Of a stretch of 64,000 nt of DNA, positions 44,970 to 51,706 are shown piece by piece. The stretch is from an archaeon (GTDB lineage Archaea > Nanobdellota > Nanobdellia > Pacearchaeales > GW2011-AR1), in the NCBI GenBank assembly GCA_018697295.1, contig JABHTJ010000004.1, positions 1,159-65,158 on the forward strand, given 5' to 3'. Every line of letters begins with the position of its first letter. Position 1 is the first letter of the stretch. Made by a program: the position numbers and the translations under genes. Under the pieces are notes generated by a model. That model had not been told where the DNA came from, searched no databases, and saw nothing but the letters and a program-made list of their open reading frames with translations.

Positions 44970-45464
44970 ATGGATTTTGAATTTGAAATTAGTAAAAAGA
45001 ATGGTTTGATTCTACTTAGTGGCCTTTTAGTTATCGGGGGTTTATTTGGTGTGTATGCTGCAACCGTTGCTGATGGGATTCCTTATGTTGATGGCCATAG
45101 TGACGGTGAAATTCAAGTAATTTATGGTGGTGAATCAATGTCTCTTACTGATGCCTTTGGTATTTCAAAAAATAAAAATTTGGAGTGTCATTTTTCTATA
45201 GTCAATGAGCAAACTATGAACCCTCCGTTAGTAGCTGCGGGGACTGTTCCTGCACTCTGTGATAAAGGACTAGTTCCTGAAGAAGATTATTTTCCTGTTA
45301 GTGGTGATTGTAGGGCGAATAATTGGAATCATAAAAATTGTAAGTATGACAATATAGAGATTCATCAAGGGTCCCAAGATGTTTCCTATTGGGGAGGATA
45401 TATCTCCCCCAATAGTGGTGCTCGTGTTGCTGCAGTGTGTTGTCGTTCTAAACTAATTCTCTAA
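44970..45464 (+). CDS. Cassette 1 subunit C: small secreted Cys-rich protein, same family (most divergent motif)
   Basis: Starts 1 nt after the B1 stop. MDFEFEISKKNGLILLSGLLVIGGLFGVYA then ATVADGIPYVDGHSDGEIQV; C-terminal AVCCRS. Homolog of 49169-49654. Confidence 0.8.
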   Translation: MDFEFEISKKNGLILLSGLLVIGGLFGVYAATVADGIPYVDGHSDGEIQVIYGGESMSLTDAFGISKNKNLECHFSIVNEQTMNPPLVAAGTVPALCDKGLVPEEDYFPVSGDCRANNWNHKNCKYDNIEIHQGSQDVSYWGGYISPNSGARVAAVCCRSKLIL

Positions 45465-45479
45465 TTTTTTATCGGTAAA

Positions 45480-45487
45480 TTTATAAA
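45480..45487 (+). promoter_or_regulatory. TATA box (tttataaa) about 36 nt upstream of ATG 45520
   Basis: Own promoter for the large gene D1. Spacing is about 10 nt longer than elsewhere. Confidence 0.45.
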
Positions 45488-45519
45488 TATTCTGTCCTAG
45501 TTAATTAACAATAGATATT

Positions 45520-48072
45520 ATGGTAAAAAAATCGGTGATATTGTTTTTCCTGAATCTTTTGATTATTTTAGCATTTGGAGAATTTGGTTCTGCGAATAAT
45601 CACTGTACTGCCTCAGATGTTCGGTTCAATAATGCCCAAGGACTTTATCTTTATTCTGAGGAACTGATCTATATTGCAGATACCGATAATCATGCTATTA
45701 GGAGATATAATTTGACATCAGGATCTGTTGAGACAATTGCTGGAGGTGGAGGAAATCATGGAAATGGACAAGGAAATGGAATTACAGGTTCTTCTGGAGA
45801 TATTGATGGGCCTGCAGCAAATGCACGATTTAACAAACCAAGTGGTCTTGCAATGGATTCTAATGGAGACCTATATATTTCTGAAATTGGGAATAATAAA
45901 ATTAGAAAACTTGACTTGGGAACTATGCAAGTAAGTACTTTTGTTGGTGGCGGAAATGGATTTGGTGCCACCGCAGTTAAATGTGGTGGGAATGACCGGA
46001 CAGAATGTTATAATGGAAATGGAGCAGATGCAGTTTTTACATTTTACGAGGCTGGTTTTGATTCGATAGTGGGAATGGATTTTGGAGCAGATGATGTATT
46101 GTATGTTGCTGACACCTTTAATAATCGAATTAGAAATGTTACTCTTGCTGGAGAGGTTGGCGTTTTTGCTGGAAGAGGAATGTGGGTTGGTACAAGCAAT
46201 ATAAAATATGGTCTTCTCTCCGAGGGTTTTCTAGATCGTCGTGCTATACCCACAACTAGTGGCGGAACAGTCATATTACCTCAGGACGTGAAAGTAATTT
46301 ATGACGTTCAAGGAGATCCGGCCGGTATGCAATTAGTTTATACTTCTGGCGGTCAAGATGGACCTTCAAGTGAAAATTTAACTGGTGGGGGCGATCTTTC
46401 AGAGAATTCTTATGGGACTTTTAATATTCAAAGAATTTATGAAAAAAATGGTATTGAAGATAATTGGTATCTTGGAGGATATGCTGGTGTTGCTTTGAAA
46501 TATGGGCAAGGAGATCTTTTCAACGGCACTGGTGACTTTGGGCTTACTCGAGGTCTTCGAGGTCTTGATATGAGGGATAGTTCGAACGGCTTTGGAAGAT
46601 ATTTGACTTATGTTGCAGATTTTGGTGCCCATAGATTAAGAGTTATTGATGATGATCAAAATATGAATTATTATTCTGGTAATGGTGCTGGATATGATGG
46701 TGGAACTCCGAGTCTTCCTGGAAGTGGTTCTCAAGATGGGACTTCCCATATTTGTTCTCAGGAAGGGGCAGGAAGTGGGGAAGTTGATGATGGACAATTG
46801 GATGATTGTCAAGGGGCAATAACTGGGCCTTCTGGTGTTGCTGTGAATGCTAGTGGAAATGTTTATTTTATTGGAAAGGAAAATAAATTGAGGATGGTTA
46901 CCCCCCATGATAATTACTGGCCCAGTGGAAGAAATTTAATAACCCTCGCTGGCCCGAACAACGGAGACATTACCTCAGGATTTGAAGACTGTGTTGATCC
47001 GGTGGTTAGTCAATGTAATGATGGCATAGATAATGATGGTAATGGTCATTGCGATTTTGATGGTGGTGGAGTTGGAAATAATGGTTGTAGTGGAGCTCCA
47101 GACCCGGGCTGTTCTGATGAAGAAGACAATACTGAAGGAAATGTAGTTGCCGATCCTAGAGAATGGAGAAATTTAATCGGCGACGTAATTACTAATGCTA
47201 ATTTTGGAGATACTGTTAAGTTAGTTTATGTTAACGGCGCTGGCTTTACTCCTTTTGAAGTTTTTGAGGATGATATTCCTTATTGGTGGGATTTTAATGA
47301 TGACGATATTATTGATCTTCTCGGAGATAATGATTCCTTAGATTTAGATAGGATTGCTTATTGGGAAATTCCTCTTGTTGGAGTGCAAATTGGAAATGAA
47401 CTTGAAACTGAATATGAACTATTTTTTGAAATCGATTCAGATGATTCAGAGCACCTTAACATAACCGGGGAAGAAGACAACAGTGAGATTACTGCACGAA
47501 TAACGAACCCTGCTTGTGGAAGGAACATTGATGTAAGAACTACACAAGCTATTCAATTTAAAGTTTTTGATGAAGACGATTTAGTAAACATTACCCTCAC
47601 AGTTACTAACAATCTTAGTGAAAATACGCTTAATCAAACATGGTATGATAATGAGAGTGGAATTTTTGTCACAGAGTTACATGATTTTAATACTGCCGGA
47701 ACTTCAGAAATAAAACTTTTTGTAGAAAATAATCGTGGGCAAAAATTTTCAACTATTTCGAATGTTATGGTTGTTGATAGGTCTCAGACTATGAAAGCTT
47801 ATGCTGCATGTATTGACGACCCTGTCAATTTTGAAAATCTTGCTCCAGGACATATAAGATTTAATGCATCGAGTTCACGAGGAATTAAGGTTTTTCGAAA
47901 TGGAAATCCCGATAAGATTTATTCCCCTAATGGACCTGACAATTTAATTCTTGAGTGGACCTTTTCCGACGGTAGAACTCACAGAGGCTCTGGCAATGAT
48001 ATCAATTGGAGATTTCATAAATACATTAGTGAATATGGAGATACTTGGGCCGACCTAAGTGTATATTTTTAA
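45520..48072 (+). CDS. Cassette 1 protein D: 850-aa secreted NHL-repeat beta-propeller protein with Cys/Asp-rich linker and C-terminal module shared with D2
   Basis: Signal peptide MVKKSVILFFLNLLIILAFGEFGSA. NHL-like blades (LIYIADTDNHAIRRYN, FNKPSGLAMDSNGDLYISEIGNNKIRKLD, VLYVADTFNNRIRNV, YVADFGAHRLRVID, GPSGVAVNASGNVYF). CNDGIDNDGNGHCDFD motif. C-terminal about 320 aa homologous to 50640-51645. Confidence 0.85.
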   Translation: MVKKSVILFFLNLLIILAFGEFGSANNHCTASDVRFNNAQGLYLYSEELIYIADTDNHAIRRYNLTSGSVETIAGGGGNHGNGQGNGITGSSGDIDGPAANARFNKPSGLAMDSNGDLYISEIGNNKIRKLDLGTMQVSTFVGGGNGFGATAVKCGGNDRTECYNGNGADAVFTFYEAGFDSIVGMDFGADDVLYVADTFNNRIRNVTLAGEVGVFAGRGMWVGTSNIKYGLLSEGFLDRRAIPTTSGGTVILPQDVKVIYDVQGDPAGMQLVYTSGGQDGPSSENLTGGGDLSENSYGTFNIQRIYEKNGIEDNWYLGGYAGVALKYGQGDLFNGTGDFGLTRGLRGLDMRDSSNGFGRYLTYVADFGAHRLRVIDDDQNMNYYSGNGAGYDGGTPSLPGSGSQDGTSHICSQEGAGSGEVDDGQLDDCQGAITGPSGVAVNASGNVYFIGKENKLRMVTPHDNYWPSGRNLITLAGPNNGDITSGFEDCVDPVVSQCNDGIDNDGNGHCDFDGGGVGNNGCSGAPDPGCSDEEDNTEGNVVADPREWRNLIGDVITNANFGDTVKLVYVNGAGFTPFEVFEDDIPYWWDFNDDDIIDLLGDNDSLDLDRIAYWEIPLVGVQIGNELETEYELFFEIDSDDSEHLNITGEEDNSEITARITNPACGRNIDVRTTQAIQFKVFDEDDLVNITLTVTNNLSENTLNQTWYDNESGIFVTELHDFNTAGTSEIKLFVENNRGQKFSTISNVMVVDRSQTMKAYAACIDDPVNFENLAPGHIRFNASSSRGIKVFRNGNPDKIYSPNGPDNLILEWTFSDGRTHRGSGNDINWRFHKYISEYGDTWADLSVYF

Positions 48073-48110
48073 TCCCAGTAATTAACTGAAGGCAAGATTT
48101 TTCCAATAAA

Positions 48111-48118
48111 TTTATAAA
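48111..48118 (+). promoter_or_regulatory. TATA box (tttataaa), centre about 25 nt upstream of ATG 48140 (triad 2)
   Basis: Motif and spacing. Confidence 0.55.
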
Positions 48119-48139
48119 TGTAGGATTCTAAGATTTATT

Positions 48140-48640
48140 ATGAAATTGAGAGTGGATGTTACTACGCGTAGATTTTTTATTTCTTTGATAGCATTGTTTA
48201 TCTTTGCTGGAAGTTTTTTTGTCTTCGCTTATAATAGTGGTGAAAACCCTGCTATTTTTGGACATGATGGTAATGAGATTGAAGTGACTGTTGGCGGAAG
48301 TCAAATGGATATAGAAACTGCTCTTGCGAATCCAATTCCTTCAACTCTTAATTGTGAATTAATAAGTGAATGTTTTAGTCATAATGCTTTTGATGCGTGT
48401 CCATCTCCTGTCGCTACTTATCCCAATCACTTAAAGGGAGGAATCCTTTGTGGTGGAAATAAACTTGCGTTTGGTGGAGAGTGTATTGAAACCTCTTCTG
48501 GAAGTGATGTAAACTGTAATAGTAATTCTGTTAAGACAGTAAATACTGGAAATAGTTATGATATTAATGGTGGTTGGGAAGGAAGACAAGAAAATATTGC
48601 AAATCTAAATTTTACTGTTTATGCAATTTGTTGTGAATAA
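48140..48640 (+). CDS. Cassette 2 subunit A
   Basis: FFISLIALFIFAGSFFVFAYNSGENPAIFGHDGNEIEV; ends AICCE. Homolog of A1. Confidence 0.8.
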   Translation: MKLRVDVTTRRFFISLIALFIFAGSFFVFAYNSGENPAIFGHDGNEIEVTVGGSQMDIETALANPIPSTLNCELISECFSHNAFDACPSPVATYPNHLKGGILCGGNKLAFGGECIETSSGSDVNCNSNSVKTVNTGNSYDINGGWEGRQENIANLNFTVYAICCE

Positions 48641-48641
48641 A

Positions 48642-49172
48642 ATGTTTAAAAAAATAAAAATCTCTGGAAAATCAACTACTTTTTTAGTTGGAATTTTGTT
48701 GCTCTTAATTGGCCTTGTTGGAGTTACAGCATTTGGAGGAAATGATCCTTCTGTAATGGGGCATAGTGGTGAGGAAATAATTGTTCATTATCAGGGAAGT
48801 GATGTTTTGTTAAATGTTGCTCTTCAAGGTTTAACATCTTCTGTAGCTCCGATGGAATGTAGGAGTATACGTCGACATTTTTTTGATTCTAGTTCTATTG
48901 GTGGGGGAAGTAATAGCGCAAATCCTGCCACCCATGGGTGTGATTATGAACACCCATGGGGTCTTGGAACTGAATATGCTGCAGTTTCTGGTACCTGCGA
49001 TGCAATTATCGACGATGCTTCAACACCTACGGGAGTTAATTCTGCAAGTCCTATTTATGAAAAGCCAATTTATGATGGTGCTACCGGGGAATTGAATTGG
49101 ACGTGCCTTGCCCCACCAAGGAATGCTCAAGGAGATTTCTCAATAACTGTAAACTTGGTGTGCTGCAAATGA
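48642..49172 (+). CDS. Cassette 2 subunit B
   Basis: Trimmed to the ATG 1 nt after the A2 stop (MFKKIKISGKSTTFLVG...). FGGNDPSVMGHSGEEIIV; ends LVCCK. Homolog of B1. Confidence 0.8.
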   Translation: MFKKIKISGKSTTFLVGILLLLIGLVGVTAFGGNDPSVMGHSGEEIIVHYQGSDVLLNVALQGLTSSVAPMECRSIRRHFFDSSSIGGGSNSANPATHGCDYEHPWGLGTEYAAVSGTCDAIIDDASTPTGVNSASPIYEKPIYDGATGELNWTCLAPPRNAQGDFSITVNLVCCK

Positions 49173-49654
49173 TGTTCGAATTTGATGTCCGCAAAAAGTA
49201 TTTTTTTATCCTTAGTTTCCTTTTACTAATTCTTTTGGCTATGATTGGAGTAATTGCTTTTGGAGGGAATAATCCTTCATTAAGTGGTCATGACGGGAAT
49301 GAAATTGAAGTAGTTGTTTCTGGGAATACTATGACTCTTCAAGAAGCTCTTGATTCTTCTGGTTCTAAGAATTTACGATGTGCTGTTCCAGATCAATATA
49401 TTTCTATGGCCCAATGGCCTACCCTGGCGCATGTTAGCTTAGATTGTAATGCTGAAATGTTTGGGGATAATTGGTTCGCAGTAGGTGGTTATTGTTATGA
49501 TCAAGCTAATGATGGTATGAATTGTAAAATTGATGAAATTCTAGGTCTTGGTAGTCTTTCTGAAATGTGGTCTGGAACAGTTATTGAAAGAATTTGGCCT
49601 AATCATAAAGATTGGTCTGTTAATACTGTTTGTTGTAAAACTATTGGGACTTAA
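49169..49654 (+). CDS. Cassette 2 subunit C
   Basis: ATGATG overlaps the B2 TGA. MMFEFDVRKKYFFILSFLLLILLAMIGVIAFGGNNPSLSGHDGNEIEV; C-terminal TVCCK. Homolog of C1. Confidence 0.8.
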   Translation: MMFEFDVRKKYFFILSFLLLILLAMIGVIAFGGNNPSLSGHDGNEIEVVVSGNTMTLQEALDSSGSKNLRCAVPDQYISMAQWPTLAHVSLDCNAEMFGDNWFAVGGYCYDQANDGMNCKIDEILGLGSLSEMWSGTVIERIWPNHKDWSVNTVCCKTIGT

Positions 49655-49738
49655 ATTTTTATTTTTCTCTTACTATTTATTTTATAATGTTTAAAGCCCT
49701 CGACGATTCATTTTAGTAAATTAAATTTAGCCGACAAA

Positions 49739-49746
49739 CTTATAAA
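49739..49746 (+). promoter_or_regulatory. TATA box (cttataaa), centre about 25 nt upstream of ATG 49768
   Basis: Own promoter for D2. Confidence 0.5.
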
Positions 49747-49767
49747 GATTAAATTCTAAAAGTTATT

Positions 49768-51648
49768 ATGAAATCAAAGGTGATGGGTTTTAACAGAAGT
49801 TTTATTCTTCTATTAGCAGGGTTATTTATCTCTATAAGTCTTGTTGATCTTGGAAGTGCTGTAAATTCTTGCGGAGACCCGAACGATGTTATTTTAAAAC
49901 TTTATAGTAATGATCAGGGTGCTGGTGTAACAAATACTCATGCCGAAGAATGGAATGGTCCAAATTATGATCACGAAATTTGCTATTCGGATATTTTTGG
50001 AGCACCCTATGCTGGAGCAAATGCTGGACCTACCGTTCATGATTCGACAGCTGGAACTAATCGTGTTTTGAATTTGGCTGCTTCAACTAATTCTCATGCC
50101 GAGGGCCCTGGCCAGAGTAATTATCCTATTGGTGTATTTTATGGAGATTTAAGTTGTAATCTTAAGGTAGTCTCATGTGCTAATGGAGAATTTCCCGTGG
50201 TTAATTTAGGTAGTGCAACTAATGCTCATCTTGAAGATGCAAGCCTTGGGAACTATAATAATTTCATTGTTTGTTGTTCTACTGGGCCTCCAGCTTGTAA
50301 TAATAATGGTGTTCAAGATGGAGATGAAACGGGTATTGATTGTGGGGGGGCTACATGTCCTGCTTGTGCTAGTCCTGCCTGTGATGATGGGGTTGATAAT
50401 GATGCTGATGGATTTTGTGATTTAGCGGCATCTGTATGTACTGATGGATCAACTCCTGGTGACCCTGGCTGTACCGATCTTTTAGATAATGATGAAACAG
50501 ATGTTGTTTTACCTGCTTGCGATGATGGGGTTGATAATGATGCTGATGGATTTTGTGATTTAGCGGCATCTGTATGTACTGATGGATCAACTCCTGGTGA
50601 CCCTGGATGTACTGATGCTAACGATCTTGATGAAACTGATCCGGTTGTCGGATCTGTAATCTGGGCAGATTTATCCGGTACTGAAATTTTTTCTGCTGAC
50701 CAAGGTGATACTGTTCAATTAATTTATACTGGCGTTGTAAATCATATAAATGATTTTGAAATTTTTGAAGAAGATACACTATTAGATATTTTAGATGGTG
50801 GGGATGTGGTGGATAATTCTCTGGGATTCTTTATTGGTGAGAATTCTTCTAATAATGTTGATTGGATTACAACCTGGGATATTCCTGTAGCTGGACAAGT
50901 TATCGGAGATAATTCTGAAACAAATTATGAAATGTATTTTGAAATTGATGATCTTGGAGGAGTTACGCAAACTTCAATAATCTTGGATGTTCCGGAAGAT
51001 AGCGATAATGATGATCCAATTGATGGCGATGGAATTATAGATCCTGCTTGTGGGACTAGATTTAATAATTTATTGACTGTTAAACCAATAACATTTAATG
51101 TTTTTGATAGAGATAGTCGAATAGATGTTACTTTAACAGTAACTCATGAGGGTGCTAGTCCAATTATTGTTTTCTCAGAACAAGATATTATTGGTGGAAC
51201 GTTTATCACATCAGATGTAGCATTTGATGTTGGTGGGACAAGTGAGATAAGATTATTTGCAGAAAATGATGATGGAGATAAATTCTCTGCAATTTCAAAT
51301 GTAATTGTTGTTAATCCTGGAGTTACTGCTTCTTATTTTGCTGCATGCATTGATGAACCCGTGAACTTTGAAAATATAGGTACTGATTATGCTCACTTTA
51401 ATGCTTCAAGTTCAAGTGGCTATAGACGTTATGGTGGTGCCTGTGGTGCTTCTTGTTCTACTCCCGTAGTTTATGCTATTTCTCCACAAGGCGGACAAAG
51501 ACCTCTTTATATGGATTGGACGTTTAGTGACGGCCGAACTCATGAAGGATTTAGTAATGCTGGCATGGGAATTAATTGGAAGTTCTACAAATACTTTGGA
51601 CAGTATGGAGATAATTGGGCTGACTTGACGGTTTCTGCAAGTCCATAA
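49768..51648 (+). CDS. Cassette 2 protein D: 626-aa secreted protein with threefold-repeat N-domain, duplicated Cys/Asp-rich motif and C-terminal module shared with D1
   Basis: Signal peptide. Three about 45-aa repeats carrying TNTHAEEW / TNSHAEGP / TNAHLEDA. Two copies of ACDDGVDNDADGFCDLAASVCTDGSTPGDPGCTD. C-terminus (AACIDEPVNFEN...WTFSDGRTHEG...YGDNWADLTV) is homologous to D1. Confidence 0.85.
   Translation: MKSKVMGFNRSFILLLAGLFISISLVDLGSAVNSCGDPNDVILKLYSNDQGAGVTNTHAEEWNGPNYDHEICYSDIFGAPYAGANAGPTVHDSTAGTNRVLNLAASTNSHAEGPGQSNYPIGVFYGDLSCNLKVVSCANGEFPVVNLGSATNAHLEDASLGNYNNFIVCCSTGPPACNNNGVQDGDETGIDCGGATCPACASPACDDGVDNDADGFCDLAASVCTDGSTPGDPGCTDLLDNDETDVVLPACDDGVDNDADGFCDLAASVCTDGSTPGDPGCTDANDLDETDPVVGSVIWADLSGTEIFSADQGDTVQLIYTGVVNHINDFEIFEEDTLLDILDGGDVVDNSLGFFIGENSSNNVDWITTWDIPVAGQVIGDNSETNYEMYFEIDDLGGVTQTSIILDVPEDSDNDDPIDGDGIIDPACGTRFNNLLTVKPITFNVFDRDSRIDVTLTVTHEGASPIIVFSEQDIIGGTFITSDVAFDVGGTSEIRLFAENDDGDKFSAISNVIVVNPGVTASYFAACIDEPVNFENIGTDYAHFNASSSSGYRRYGGACGASCSTPVVYAISPQGGQRPLYMDWTFSDGRTHEGFSNAGMGINWKFYKYFGQYGDNWADLTVSASP
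50374..50616 (+). repeat. Tandem in-frame duplication (two 105-nt copies, 138-nt period) inside D2
   Basis: 50374-50478 and 50512-50616 differ at 4 of 105 nt, all synonymous. Confidence 0.95.
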
Positions 51649-51706
51649 TTAGATTTTTATTTTGAGAAAGCAATAGTTTAATAAAATAGATTTTTGAGAA
51701 CTTGTT

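Noticed and set aside
50213-50590. His/Met-rich ORFs 50213-50425 (+) and 50369-50590 (-)
   Set aside because: They are alternative-frame and antisense readings of the D2 repeat region. D2 has strong homology support.
50374-50616. Template/variable repeat pair of a diversity-generating retroelement
   Set aside because: No reverse transcriptase ORF is in the window. The repeats are adjacent and in frame within one gene. The four differences are synonymous and not adenine-specific.
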